From sequence record LR756500.1: a stretch of 64,000 nt of DNA; one strand, given 5' to 3'. Every line of letters starts with the position of its first letter. The first letter of the stretch is position 1. The notes beneath the pieces are model-generated. The model saw only the letters and a list, made by a program, of their open reading frames with translations. It was not told the DNA's origin and searched no databases. Below, piece after piece: positions 16,944 to 27,717 of the stretch. The translations under genes were made by a program, and so were the position numbers.

Positions 16944-17534
16944 TTAAAATAGTCCCTTTTTATTTCCAAATTTTTTGAGCATTAACCAAATTATAAAAGC
17001 GTGACCCATACTTTTATCTTCATAATTTATAACGTCTTTAAAAGACATAGATTTTTTAATATGATTATATCCATCGAAATCTCTTAAATAAATATCTTTA
17101 TCAGTTTCATTATATACATTTAAAAGTTGTTTAAATGCTTTAGATTTAATTAAAGCGTTTGCATATAATGGAAGATATATTTTTTTTCTTGCATCAATAT
17201 ATCCTAATCTTTTATTATTCCACAATGCAAATAATGGTTTACGTCCTTTACCCATTGGATATCTATAAGCTCTTATATCATTCCAACCTTTAATAGCCCA
17301 TTCAAAATAAGTATTTTTGATATTATTATTTTCATCTATAAATTCATTATATACTTTTGAAAACTGCCAAGCATTCTCGATATTTTTAGATACATAATTT
17401 TCATAAAGTTTAATTGGTCCTAAATAAAATGGACTTAATCCTTTAGTCCAATTCAATGATCTAGATGTAGTATTTATGTCTAAAGCATTTTCTGGAATTT
17501 CATCATCATATTTTGCTACAAATAAATTATTCAT
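16944..17534 (-). CDS. DUF6939-like conserved protein
   Basis: LSPFYLGP, SKNIENAWQFSKVY, Y.DARKKIY.PLY, L.DFD, GHA.I motifs; family assignment from memory. Confidence 0.55.
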   Translation of the reverse strand: MNNLFVAKYDDEIPENALDINTTSRSLNWTKGLSPFYLGPIKLYENYVSKNIENAWQFSKVYNEFIDENNNIKNTYFEWAIKGWNDIRAYRYPMGKGRKPLFALWNNKRLGYIDARKKIYLPLYANALIKSKAFKQLLNVYNETDKDIYLRDFDGYNHIKKSMSFKDVINYEDKSMGHAFIIWLMLKKFGNKKGLF

Positions 17535-17893
17535 TATTCTTTATTCTTTATAAAAAAAAATTCTTCATCATTTTCATCTCTCATGCTATCTATTATACCT
17601 TTTTGTTTTAAAGTATATAAGTGCACGCATGAAAAAATTAATTGTAAATCATTAACAGCAATTTTTTCATTTGTCCAAATAGTAATACAGTCTCCATTAT
17701 TGATATAATTATCAAATACTTTTTGACCTATTATTGAAGTAATAGCAGCTTCATATACAATATCATTTGTATTAAGAGGTTCAATACAATTTTCATATGC
17801 ATCATCTAATACCATATCTTTTATAACAGGTATTATACTCCTTAATACTTTTTGGACTTTTTTAGGATATATTGGTAAATCAAATTCATTCAT
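17534..17893 (-). CDS. Hypothetical protein
   Basis: 119-aa ORF. Confidence 0.6.
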   Translation of the reverse strand: MNEFDLPIYPKKVQKVLRSIIPVIKDMVLDDAYENCIEPLNTNDIVYEAAITSIIGQKVFDNYINNGDCITIWTNEKIAVNDLQLIFSCVHLYTLKQKGIIDSMRDENDEEFFFIKNKE

Positions 17894-17895
17894 AT

Positions 17896-19122
17896 TTAAT
17901 TATTTTTAGATTTTTCTCCTAAGTAACCGCCATGATGTCTTTTAGAATAATCTTCTTTTGTAAAATTTATTTTTTTCATTAATTGAACAACTATAATATC
18001 TCCAATAACCATCATAGCGGTTGTTGAAGCAGTAGGTGTTAATCCTAATGGACAAAGTTCTTCTTGTTCTCCCGTATAAAGTACAAAGTTAGCCAATTTA
18101 ACTAATTCAGAATCTAAATTTCCAATTAATACAATAACTTTTAAATCAGAATAAAGATTATGTGCTAAATGAATAAATTCTATAACTTCTTTAGTTTTAC
18201 CGGAATTAGAAATTAAAAATAAAACATCATTTTTTTGAATCATTCCCATATCACCATGCTGTGCTTCTGCTGCATGAATATATATAGCCGGAGTACCAGT
18301 TGAACTTAGTGTTGTTGCTATATTTAATCCAACTTGTCCAGCTTTTCCCATTCCAGAAATGACTACCTTAGATCCTAATTCATGAATATGTTTATAAATT
18401 AAATTAATAACTTCTTCATAAGGATTATCTAATGGTATTTTTTTTATAGCATAAATTTCTTTATCTAATAAATCTTTTATTTCGTTATTTAAATTATTTT
18501 TAACTTTTATTCTTAATCTTTTTATATTTGTATTAACATCACCTAATTTAGCTATTGTAAATAAATTATTATAAGATAATAATAAATGAATACCTTTATA
18601 AATTTTATTTCCAGAATGTTTTCTATAAACAATAATATCATCATTTACTCTTTCATCTATTATAACATCGAATGAGGAAATTTTATAATCTATAATATCA
18701 TTATCATATTTAACAATATTTAAATATTCTTTAAGATTATCATTAATAAAATTAAAAGTATTATTACTGATTACTATTATATTTCCAGGACCTATTCGAG
18801 ATTCTATAGAAATAGAAGATCCAGCACTTATTATTTTTGATAAATATTTTTTTGCTAATAATTTTTTATCATTGATATCATCTAAAACTATATCAATATT
18901 TTTATCTTTTGTTAATGTTAATAATTCATTTATTAATGTATCTTTAACATTAATTAAACTAAAATGTTTATCACATAAAAAGTTTGCTTCTATAATATCT
19001 AATTCTGGATATCCAGTTCTTATTATATTAGGTTCAGATTCATTAAAATCAAAATATTTTATAATATTTTCATCATTTTTGACTCTAATTACAGATATAA
19101 TTTGTTTTATTTTTTCTTCCAT
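17896..19122 (-). CDS. kdsD: Arabinose-5-phosphate isomerase (SIS-only KdsD) with ~205-aa N-terminal extension resembling a gp23-like capsid fragment
   Basis: SGMGKAG.V...IATTLSSTGTP, EAQHGD.G, SNSGKT.E, L.PT.STT, YSKRHHGGYLG. Confidence 0.9.
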   Translation of the reverse strand: MEEKIKQIISVIRVKNDENIIKYFDFNESEPNIIRTGYPELDIIEANFLCDKHFSLINVKDTLINELLTLTKDKNIDIVLDDINDKKLLAKKYLSKIISAGSSISIESRIGPGNIIVISNNTFNFINDNLKEYLNIVKYDNDIIDYKISSFDVIIDERVNDDIIVYRKHSGNKIYKGIHLLLSYNNLFTIAKLGDVNTNIKRLRIKVKNNLNNEIKDLLDKEIYAIKKIPLDNPYEEVINLIYKHIHELGSKVVISGMGKAGQVGLNIATTLSSTGTPAIYIHAAEAQHGDMGMIQKNDVLFLISNSGKTKEVIEFIHLAHNLYSDLKVIVLIGNLDSELVKLANFVLYTGEQEELCPLGLTPTASTTAMMVIGDIIVVQLMKKINFTKEDYSKRHHGGYLGEKSKNN

Positions 19123-19829
19123 TTTATTAAAAGTTTATATAAATCTTCTTTAGTATCAATTCCTATATGATCAAAATGTGTTTCTACACCATAAATATTA
19201 AGTCCATTATCAAGCCATCTTAATTGTTCTAAACTTTCAGATTTTTCTAATTCACTTTCAGATAATTGATTAATCTTAAACAATGCTTTATATGAAAACC
19301 CGTATATTCCTATATGTTTATATGGGTTATAATTATTTTGTTTTAAATTATATGGTATTGGAGATCTACTAAAATATAAAATTCTTTTATTAGATGCTAT
19401 AATTGCTTTAACTGTATTTTTATCTAAATATTCTTCTTTATCTTCTATCTTTTTATAAAGAGTTACAATATTTTTATTTTTTAACAGTTTACAAATATCA
19501 TCTATACATGTTGGATTAATTTCGGGTTCATCTCCTTGTATATTTAAATAATAATCATAATTATATTTTAAATATATTTCTATTAATCGTTCTGTTCCAT
19601 TCTTATGATCTTTGTTTGTAAATTCTACATTACCATTAAATGATTTTACTACATCATATATTCTTTGATCATCTGTTGCAACAATAACATTAGTTAATAA
19701 TTTAGATTTTTTAACTTGTTCATAAACACATTGTATCATAGGTTTTCCATTAATATCTATTAATGGTTTACCGGGTAATCTAGTAGAATTATAACGAGCT
19801 GGAATAACTCCTAAATATGTTTTATTCAT
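19107..19829 (-). CDS. kdsB: CMP-Kdo synthetase (3-deoxy-manno-octulosonate cytidylyltransferase)
   Basis: IPARY.STRLPGKPL, VATDD, NGTER, NIQGDEP, YFSRSPIP, KHIGIY, E.LEQLRWL. Confidence 0.95.
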   Translation of the reverse strand: MNKTYLGVIPARYNSTRLPGKPLIDINGKPMIQCVYEQVKKSKLLTNVIVATDDQRIYDVVKSFNGNVEFTNKDHKNGTERLIEIYLKYNYDYYLNIQGDEPEINPTCIDDICKLLKNKNIVTLYKKIEDKEEYLDKNTVKAIIASNKRILYFSRSPIPYNLKQNNYNPYKHIGIYGFSYKALFKINQLSESELEKSESLEQLRWLDNGLNIYGVETHFDHIGIDTKEDLYKLLIKWKKK

Positions 19830-20091
19830 ATTCTTTAAATGTGGGAGAACACCCTAAATATATTGTATTTCTAATCATTTGCTTTTCATAATCTGCTAAT
19901 CTTTTTTTATTAAAATTTGCTTCGATTATTTCATCACATCTTTTTTTATCTATTGTATAATTTGTAAAGAAAAATTCTTGTTCTGTTTCTTTAGTTGCTA
20001 CCATATTATCCCAATCTCCGACAGGATCTGTTTCTTTATAAAGATCTCTATAAATATTTTCAATAATTATTAAAAGTTTTTTATCTCTCAT
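19822..20091 (-). CDS. Hypothetical protein
   Basis: 89-aa ORF between kdsA and kdsB. Confidence 0.6.
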   Translation of the reverse strand: MRDKKLLIIIENIYRDLYKETDPVGDWDNMVATKETEQEFFFTNYTIDKKRCDEIIEANFNKKRLADYEKQMIRNTIYLGCSPTFKEYE

Positions 20092-20861
20092 TGTAATGCA
20101 TTTTTAATACGTAAACATTTAACTAATATATCATATAGCTTATCTATATGCAATATACTCGATGCATCCGATAAGCTCTCAGAAGGATTTGGATGTACTT
20201 CGAAAAATAATCCATCTACTCCTACTGCAGTAGCTGCTACTGCTAATGTTTCAATCATTTCAGGATTACCTCCTGTAGTATTTCCATTATTAGGTTTTTG
20301 AACAGAATGAGTACAATCCATAATTACTTTATCTGCATATCGTTTCATAATTGGAATAGATGTCATATCCACAACTAAATCTTTATATCCAAATGAACTT
20401 CCTCTTTCTGTTAGCCATACTTCACCGGTTGAAACAGATTTAACTTTTTCTACAACATTTTTCATTGATTCAGGCGACATCCATTGTCCCTTTTTAACAT
20501 TAACTATAGAATTAGTTTTACCTGCACTAATTAATAAATCAGTTTGTCTACATAAAAATGCAGGTATTTGTAAATATGATACATATGAAGATGCTAATGC
20601 AACTTCTATAGTTTCATGCACATCTGTTATAACTGGAATATTATATTGTTCCTTAATGTTTTTAAGAATTTTTAATGCTTCTATATCTCCTATTCCTGTA
20701 AATGAATTTAGATCAGATCTATTTGCTTTTTTATAACTTGCTTTAAATATTAAATCAACGTTTAAATCTTTAGTTATTTTTATTAATTTATTAACAATAT
20801 AATATGTAATATCATTATTTTCTATAACACAAGGACCTGCTATTAAAATTAAATTACTCAT
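20088..20861 (-). CDS. kdsA: Kdo-8-phosphate synthase
   Basis: IAGPCVIE, KASYKKANRS, TDVHE, QIPAFLCRQTDLL, NVKKGQ, ERG.SFGY, D.THSVQ, FFEVHP.P. Confidence 0.96.
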   Translation of the reverse strand: MSNLILIAGPCVIENNDITYYIVNKLIKITKDLNVDLIFKASYKKANRSDLNSFTGIGDIEALKILKNIKEQYNIPVITDVHETIEVALASSYVSYLQIPAFLCRQTDLLISAGKTNSIVNVKKGQWMSPESMKNVVEKVKSVSTGEVWLTERGSSFGYKDLVVDMTSIPIMKRYADKVIMDCTHSVQKPNNGNTTGGNPEMIETLAVAATAVGVDGLFFEVHPNPSESLSDASSILHIDKLYDILVKCLRIKNALQ

Positions 20862-21472
20862 ATCAATTTTTTAAATATTACTTCATTATTATTATATGAC
20901 AATTTTTCATTTTGTTTATTAAATTTATGAACAAATCCACTTTCATTTATAGTAGTATCTGTTATGATTTCGTATTTTGAAAATATATCAGAGTCACTAA
21001 ATAAATAATTTGCATTATAAATAACTAAATATCCATTTATATTTAATAATGAATCTAATTCATTAATCATGTCATTATACTTTTCAAACTCATAAATTCC
21101 TTTACTAGATAATACTTTTTCAGTTTCTGGCCATCTACATAAAACAGACATCGCAAAAATAATATCATATTTATGTTGTTTATGTTCATTTGTATCATAC
21201 AAGAAAAAATTATTATCCTTATATTTATTTTTTGCTTTTTTTATTGCATCAATATTAATATCAACACCATAAATATTTGAATTCTTAAAATACAATTCTT
21301 TTAATGTTTGTGTTTCTGCTCCTATTGAACATCCAAATGATAAAATTTTATCAGCATCCTTTTTTAATTCTGATAATTTTAAAAAAATATTAGGATATCT
21401 ATTATAATTTGTAACTATAGTACTTTGATGTAAATTATTCATATTAATTTTTATTTTTAAATGGACACACAT
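20858..21472 (-). CDS. Class I SAM-dependent methyltransferase
   Basis: ILSFGCSIG.E, IYGVDIN, YDIIFAMSVL. Confidence 0.75.
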   Translation of the reverse strand: MCVHLKIKINMNNLHQSTIVTNYNRYPNIFLKLSELKKDADKILSFGCSIGAETQTLKELYFKNSNIYGVDINIDAIKKAKNKYKDNNFFLYDTNEHKQHKYDIIFAMSVLCRWPETEKVLSSKGIYEFEKYNDMINELDSLLNINGYLVIYNANYLFSDSDIFSKYEIITDTTINESGFVHKFNKQNEKLSYNNNEVIFKKLI

Positions 21473-22229
21473 TATATAATTTATCTAAATCTATATCTAA
21501 TTTATAGGGTTTATATAAATTAAATACACTAGATATACTAGATGAATTATTAATTATTAATGGATTAGTATCATTTCTATTAACAGATCTAAAATAATCA
21601 TTAAATTTAAATCCGGCACCTAACACAGCATCAGAAAATTTTATCCAATAACTTGGAATTCCATAACTATCACCTGCTATTATTCCATGTAATGAACTAG
21701 ATACTATCATTTTACATGATTTAATTTCATTAACAACTTTATTTATATCATCTAAAATATTGATAATTTTTATATTAGATAAATCTTTAACATTATTTAA
21801 CCATTCATTATTTTGATCTACGTAATGTGGAATAATTCCTAAATCATATATTTGTTCTACTTTAGGATTATAAAATATAGAATATAAAAGAGCAGGATCA
21901 CCATATATTTCTGGGCATTTAATTCCTAATTGTATTAATCTATTTTTAGTTAAAGGTCCACGAACGGCATAAATATTTTTAGGAATAGATTTAACATTTC
22001 CATTTCTATTTATAAATCCAGATCCCCATATATTACAAGTTAAGTTAGCATTATCCAAAATACTACCAATAACTAAAAATTTTTCATTATCATTATTAAT
22101 CAAATTATATTCTACTTCTTTATTAGATATTAATTGTACAAGTAATGGATTTAATGCATCACCCCAATTATTACCTTTAATAGATTTAAACCACCATAAT
22201 GGTATTTTATTTATTATAATTTGCCCCAT
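21444..22229 (-). CDS. Polysaccharide pyruvyl transferase family protein
   Basis: NWGD.LN, IGSIL, WGSG, AVRGPLT, GDPALL, GIIPH, SSSLHGII..DSYGIP. Confidence 0.9.
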   Translation of the reverse strand: MGQIIINKIPLWWFKSIKGNNWGDALNPLLVQLISNKEVEYNLINNDNEKFLVIGSILDNANLTCNIWGSGFINRNGNVKSIPKNIYAVRGPLTKNRLIQLGIKCPEIYGDPALLYSIFYNPKVEQIYDLGIIPHYVDQNNEWLNNVKDLSNIKIINILDDINKVVNEIKSCKMIVSSSLHGIIAGDSYGIPSYWIKFSDAVLGAGFKFNDYFRSVNRNDTNPLIINNSSSISSVFNLYKPYKLDIDLDKLYNVCPFKNKN

Positions 22230-23029
22230 TCTTGTCCTATATTTCTAATTATTGAGTGATCGGATGCTAATAAAACATCTTGTTTTTTTCTTTCAACTTG
22301 TAATTTTTCAACATTTTCTGCTACTCTATCTTCTTCAGTAAACTTATGTCTATAATATAAATGCATAGATAAAATATTATCGTCTTTTATAGATTTTGCT
22401 CCGCCTTTTGTGTTTAAATATTTAAAAAGTCTTCTATGGAAATCAGAATCTTCATGTCCATATACTTTAAATCTTTCATCAAACCCTCCTATATTTAATA
22501 CATTATCTTTGTGAGTTACTAACCATGGTGCAAATGGCATTGTCTGTTTTAAATTTTTAGTAGGGTTTGATTCTTCTAAAAAATAACCAGTTATAATTGG
22601 CATATTAGGTTCAACTGAAAATGCTGTTTTATTTCTAATTAACCACCATTTTCCAGAAGTTAATACTATGTTTTTATTTTCAACATCTTTAAAATGTTCT
22701 AATGTTATACTTATAACATCTGAAAAATGAATTATATCACCATCACAAAAAGCTATTATATTTCCTTGAGCTTGTTTAATTCCAATATTTCTTGCATATC
22801 CTGGATTTCTAGAAATTATTTTTTCTTTACTTTTTATTACTTTTATATTAGAATATCTTTTTGTGATATCACTTAAATAATCATCGGTCCCATCTATCGA
22901 TCCATCGTCAACAACAATAATTTCCCATTTATCTATAGGAGCTAATGTAAATAGCATTGATCTAACTGTTAAATCAACGTGCATTTTTCTATTATATGTT
23001 GGTATAATTATACTTAAAAAATCATTCAT
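22214..23029 (-). CDS. GT2-family glycosyltransferase
   Basis: SIIIPTYNR, IIVVDDGS.D, ARN.GI, F.DGD, GGFDE.F..YG.EDSD. Confidence 0.92.
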   Translation of the reverse strand: MNDFLSIIIPTYNRKMHVDLTVRSMLFTLAPIDKWEIIVVDDGSIDGTDDYLSDITKRYSNIKVIKSKEKIISRNPGYARNIGIKQAQGNIIAFCDGDIIHFSDVISITLEHFKDVENKNIVLTSGKWWLIRNKTAFSVEPNMPIITGYFLEESNPTKNLKQTMPFAPWLVTHKDNVLNIGGFDERFKVYGHEDSDFHRRLFKYLNTKGGAKSIKDDNILSMHLYYRHKFTEEDRVAENVEKLQVERKKQDVLLASDHSIIRNIGQEWGKL

Positions 23030-23031
23030 AG

Positions 23032-23613
23032 TTAAAATTTATAGTTAAATAATTTAATATCTTTTTCATATATTTCAGATACTAATTGTATACTTTCTTT
23101 ATCATAATATACTTTATATGATTCGTATTCTTTAATACTTTTATTTATATTTAAAAGATCTAAATTAAAAATATTTTTAAATTGATTATTTATATTTTCA
23201 TGTTTATATACATTATTAATCATTAGTTTATTATCTTCATCATAAATATATTTATATTGATTTTTCCAACCTGGATGCCAAAATTTATCTGGATTATTTT
23301 TAAGTAATATTAAACACTCTTTAAATGTTAATCCTAATAATAAATCATAATCTTTATGTTTAGTTTCATCTTCAGTTGAATGCCAATAACTTTTTTCCAT
23401 TTTTGCATACTCATAGTTTGATACTACTCTATCCCAAGGATTTCTAACTACTGCAAATTTAAAATAATTATTCCAATTATCAGGAAAAGTATCTTTATAA
23501 TATTTCCAAGCTCTATGAAAAGATCTTTTCATATCTAAAATTTTAATAATAGATGTACCTGCATTTTTAGGTATATGTATAAATATTGCTCTGTACTTAT
23601 CTGATATTGGCAT
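23032..23613 (-). CDS. Sulfotransferase (Sulfotransfer_2 family)
   Basis: FIHIPKNAGTSI (5'-PSB), FAVVRNPWDR.VS.Y (3'-PB), Y..DI.LF.Y.F. Confidence 0.88.
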   Translation of the reverse strand: MPISDKYRAIFIHIPKNAGTSIIKILDMKRSFHRAWKYYKDTFPDNWNNYFKFAVVRNPWDRVVSNYEYAKMEKSYWHSTEDETKHKDYDLLLGLTFKECLILLKNNPDKFWHPGWKNQYKYIYDEDNKLMINNVYKHENINNQFKNIFNLDLLNINKSIKEYESYKVYYDKESIQLVSEIYEKDIKLFNYKF

Positions 23614-24229
23614 AATTATTAATATTTATATTTTCATTAACTATTCCTAATTTTGTTAACAAATATGATCTATCTTCTCTTTTCCAATATCCTATAAATT
23701 TTATACTTTTTCTCCTCATAAAAATCGTTTTAAACCCTGGAAATATTTCAAATATTTTATAAATATCATAACTTTGTAAATGATCTGGAGTTAATGGATT
23801 TTGATTATATGGAAATGAAAAATAAACATCATTTAAATTTTTCATCATAGTTTCTTTAAAATATATTAATGATTTATTATCTAAATGTTCTAGAACTTCT
23901 AATGCTATTAATAAATTACATTCTTTTAGAATTTCATTCGTTTGATCTAAATCTAATTTAATTAATGATAAATTTTTATATTTTCTAAAATATTCATTTC
24001 CATAATCTATAGCATCTTGAGCCATATCAAACCCTATAAATGTTAAATCAGGCCGTTTTGACGCTAAATATGCAGTTCCTACTCCTATTCCACATCCCAT
24101 TTCTACTACTTTTCCTGATTTAGGTAAAAATCTTTCAGCAAGTTCATATCTAAATTTAATATATGGAGCAATACTATCCCAATCAATTAATGTTGTTCTA
24201 TATTGTCCATCTGGTACATTTTTATTCAT
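23597..24229 (-). CDS. Class I SAM-dependent methyltransferase
   Basis: VVEMGCGIG.G, GFD, LEVLEHL. Confidence 0.8.
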   Translation of the reverse strand: MNKNVPDGQYRTTLIDWDSIAPYIKFRYELAERFLPKSGKVVEMGCGIGVGTAYLASKRPDLTFIGFDMAQDAIDYGNEYFRKYKNLSLIKLDLDQTNEILKECNLLIALEVLEHLDNKSLIYFKETMMKNLNDVYFSFPYNQNPLTPDHLQSYDIYKIFEIFPGFKTIFMRRKSIKFIGYWKREDRSYLLTKLGIVNENININNYANIR

Positions 24230-24232
24230 ATT

Positions 24233-25231
24233 TTATTCAAAGTATTTTAATGTTTTAATAATATCAGGATTTCCTGAATTAAACTGTAAATTTAATAATG
24301 ATGTTAAATATTTATTAATATTTGATTCATTAATTTTATAATTTAAAAAATTTCTTTGTTCTTCTATATTTTCCGAAGTTACTTCATATGTAACTCCTTT
24401 GTTTGAAAAATAATTTATACCATAAGTCATAATAGGTTTATGAAATAATAACATTTCATTAATAATAGTAGAATTAATTGCTATTATACCATTAGAATAA
24501 TAACCCCATGATATACTATTTAAACTTTCTGTATATTGTGTATTTGTATATTTTTGACATTCTTTTAAAATGTTCTGTTTATTAATAATACTATCTTTTG
24601 GATGAGGTTTAATAATTATTAATTTATCTTGAAATAACATAACAATATGTTTAATAAAACTTTCCATATCTTTAAAATATGGAGAATATTTAACTATTTG
24701 TGTATCAGTTTTTATTTGTAATGGTATAAATAAATAATTATTTGCATCAGGTTTTTTTATGTCTTTAATATATTCATTTTGTTTTATACGTATTAAATTT
24801 AAATTTATATTTTCATCTATAATATTTTTTTCTACATGTTCTGAACCACCATTAGTACCTTTTCTATCTATTACAAATATTCCTTTTTGTGGAAACCAAC
24901 CGTGTTCACAATATATTATTTTTGTGAATTTTTTTAATTCATTTAAAATAATAGGTTGATGTCCACGCTCTTCATCATCAAAATCTCCATTCCAAACAAT
25001 TACATGCGTAGCATTTAATGATTTAATTTTTTGTATAACTTCAATATCACTATTAAAAGAAAAAGAATTAGATTTCGTCATTAAATTATTATCGAAAAGC
25101 CGCGGAGGTTTAATATGATTTCTGCATATAAAATATTTTTGATATGGTATGCCCCAATATAAATTTTTAATTAATCCTGGCAAACTATTATGCCATGATA
25201 AAAAAATTATGATTTTATTGTCTCTTTCCAT
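24233..25231 (-). CDS. Capsule-synthesis (KpsS/KpsC, GT107-like) putative beta-Kdo transferase
   Basis: E.GWFP, F.PLQ...DTQI, IIKPHP.D, INST...E.LL..KP. Confidence 0.75.
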   Translation of the reverse strand: MERDNKIIIFLSWHNSLPGLIKNLYWGIPYQKYFICRNHIKPPRLFDNNLMTKSNSFSFNSDIEVIQKIKSLNATHVIVWNGDFDDEERGHQPIILNELKKFTKIIYCEHGWFPQKGIFVIDRKGTNGGSEHVEKNIIDENINLNLIRIKQNEYIKDIKKPDANNYLFIPLQIKTDTQIVKYSPYFKDMESFIKHIVMLFQDKLIIIKPHPKDSIINKQNILKECQKYTNTQYTESLNSISWGYYSNGIIAINSTIINEMLLFHKPIMTYGINYFSNKGVTYEVTSENIEEQRNFLNYKINESNINKYLTSLLNLQFNSGNPDIIKTLKYFE

Positions 25232-27717
25232 AATTGTACATATTGTTTAACGTGATTTTCCCATGTTAAATTTTTAACTTTTTCGCTGTTGATTAATCTA
25301 TTTTCTTCTAAAATTGATCTATTTTTATTAATATTATTAAGTGCATTAACAAACCCTTCGACATTATTTTGTTCAAATATGTATTCAGAACTTAAATGTT
25401 CAGGTACTTCTCCAACTCTTGTTGATAAAACAGTATGACCATATTTCATAGATTCTATTAATGGTAGTGGAGTACCTTCATATTTAGAAGTAATTAAAAC
25501 CACATCTATATTTTTATATAAATTAACAAAATTTCCATCTTTATTAGTTATTACTTCAAATCCTAATGCTTTAAGTTTATTAATAATTATATCCATATTA
25601 GGTGAAAGAATAGTAAATTTAAAAGATTTATTATCTATAGCATTTGCAATGGTTAATAATTTTTCTTCATTTTTTACTCCATCACTATAAGATCGTCCAA
25701 TATATCCTATATTTATTTTATTTTGTGAATTAATTGAATCTTTAGTAATAATAAAGTCGCTTACTCCTAATGGTATATACCTAACATCTATATTGCTAAG
25801 ACGACTTTTAATATAATTATATTGTTCTTTTGAAGTACATACTATAGTTTTAAACTTATCCATATTTTTAATTCTATAATTTGTGTTTGCTCTAGAAATA
25901 TCAAACAAACTGTCATGGATCATATGTATTCCTTTTCTTAATACATTATTTTTAATATTATATTTCATTCTTTCAAAATATAGTATAGATGTTCTATACA
26001 CAGGTCTCCAATGTTGATATACATCACAATCCATTAAAGGATTAATGGAAGGTATTATAGTAAATTCTGGAGCATATTTTTGATATTCTTTAATCATAGA
26101 GCTAAAAACCCAGCCCCAATGATTAGACATAACCATATTTATAATTGGTTTATTTATAGATTTTGCTTCTAATCTTTTCCTATTAGATTCTTCTTGTAAT
26201 TTTTTAAAAAATATTTCTTTTTCTGCAACAGTTTTTAATGTATTACTATATAACTCATTATCATTAAATAATTTTTCATCAATATTTTTGATATGATAAT
26301 TATTTTCATTAAACAGTACTTTTCTATTAGGTATACTATTATAGTTTGTAATACTTTTTTGTGTAGTCGAAACTTTATTTTTAAATCTTCTAGAGGCTTG
26401 ATAATGAATAATAACTGGATGTATATTTGGATATAATTTTTTCATCAAATCAAAAATAAATGTATATTCAGGAGGAAGATTTTTAACTATCAATCCATTA
26501 TTTTTCATTTTATCCATAGCTTTACCAAGGTTCCATTGTTCCATTGTTTTAGCATTAGGACCTTCTGCATTATTTTGATCTCTCCATATTCTACATAATT
26601 CTCGAGTTCTTTCATTATTTTCCATATATATGGTTCCACTAAGGCATTCATTTTCTCTCCATCTAAAATCTTGAAATCTAACTGCAACATCAGCTGTATA
26701 ATTTATAAAAAGCTCGGGAACTCTTTGTATAATTGCATCACAATCAATATATAACAATCTTTTATCTTTAAATTCATCTAGAACATAAAGCATAAATTCT
26801 GCTTTAAATCTAGTATTTTTTTGCCAATCACCTAAATTTTCTATACCTGCAAAATAATAATTTAGTTCAAATTTATCACATGATGCAATAGTTTTTTTAG
26901 CTTCTTCTTCATATGGAGTATTAATGGTAAAATATCCTACAACTAATATATCAGATAATCTATTTTTATTATTATAATTACATATAATAGATTTAATATT
27001 GCCTATATTATTTGTGATATTTATTTTATTATTTTTATCATCAGTAGTTTTCACTTTTTCATTATTATGTATTATATTAATATGTTTAAATTTATTTTTT
27101 GCATTGCTTAAAGATTTTTCAAAATTAGTTTTTATTCTTAAATCACTTATATTATTAGTATTTAAATCATAAATTATAATTTCTTGATAATCCATCAATA
27201 ATCCCAATTGTATAGCAGAATAATTACTACTATTTCCATTAATAAAATTATTTTTATCATTTGAAAATTCATTATTATTTAATGATTTAGATTCTAAAAT
27301 ATAATCAAATTTATGTAATTTATCATAAACTAATCCATGTTTATGATCATAAAAATGCCCATTATGAGAAGATAAATTAGAATTTATATTATTTAAAATA
27401 AATATCTTCTTAATTGAATTTTCAATATCTAATTTATTTAAATTTGAATAATTAATAGTTAAAAAAATATCAACTCTTTTTATATTATTAGTTGATATAT
27501 TACTAGCTAATATATCATATTCTTCTATATTAACTAATGAACTAATTTTAGAATATGATAAATTACCACATAAAATAATAAGTTTATTTCTTTTTTTAAC
27601 GGGTAACATATTTAAAATATTTGAATTATTTAAATTTTCATTTTTTTTACATAATTTTTTTGTATGAATATTTTTACTTAGAATTTGCGCATTTATTTTT
27701 AAAAAGTTCTGTTTCAC
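25207..27717 (-). CDS. Multidomain glycosyltransferase: degenerate N-terminal domain + GT-A (DxD) + C-terminal GT4-like GT-B
   Basis: YFT..TPYE...W.KN...KA...LYIDCDA central domain; S.YEG.PL.LIE.M..G..V.ST.VG C-terminal domain. Confidence 0.8.
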   Translation of the reverse strand: MKQNFLKINAQILSKNIHTKKLCKKNENLNNSNILNMLPVKKRNKLIILCGNLSYSKISSLVNIEEYDILASNISTNNIKRVDIFLTINYSNLNKLDIENSIKKIFILNNINSNLSSHNGHFYDHKHGLVYDKLHKFDYILESKSLNNNEFSNDKNNFINGNSSNYSAIQLGLLMDYQEIIIYDLNTNNISDLRIKTNFEKSLSNAKNKFKHINIIHNNEKVKTTDDKNNKINITNNIGNIKSIICNYNNKNRLSDILVVGYFTINTPYEEEAKKTIASCDKFELNYYFAGIENLGDWQKNTRFKAEFMLYVLDEFKDKRLLYIDCDAIIQRVPELFINYTADVAVRFQDFRWRENECLSGTIYMENNERTRELCRIWRDQNNAEGPNAKTMEQWNLGKAMDKMKNNGLIVKNLPPEYTFIFDLMKKLYPNIHPVIIHYQASRRFKNKVSTTQKSITNYNSIPNRKVLFNENNYHIKNIDEKLFNDNELYSNTLKTVAEKEIFFKKLQEESNRKRLEAKSINKPIINMVMSNHWGWVFSSMIKEYQKYAPEFTIIPSINPLMDCDVYQHWRPVYRTSILYFERMKYNIKNNVLRKGIHMIHDSLFDISRANTNYRIKNMDKFKTIVCTSKEQYNYIKSRLSNIDVRYIPLGVSDFIITKDSINSQNKINIGYIGRSYSDGVKNEEKLLTIANAIDNKSFKFTILSPNMDIIINKLKALGFEVITNKDGNFVNLYKNIDVVLITSKYEGTPLPLIESMKYGHTVLSTRVGEVPEHLSSEYIFEQNNVEGFVNALNNINKNRSILEENRLINSEKVKNLTWENHVKQYVQLWKETIKS

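Noticed and set aside
26505-26690. Alternative-frame minus-strand ORFs (also 44801-45013 and 57979-58167)
   Set aside because: Nested out of frame in longer genes with clear domains.
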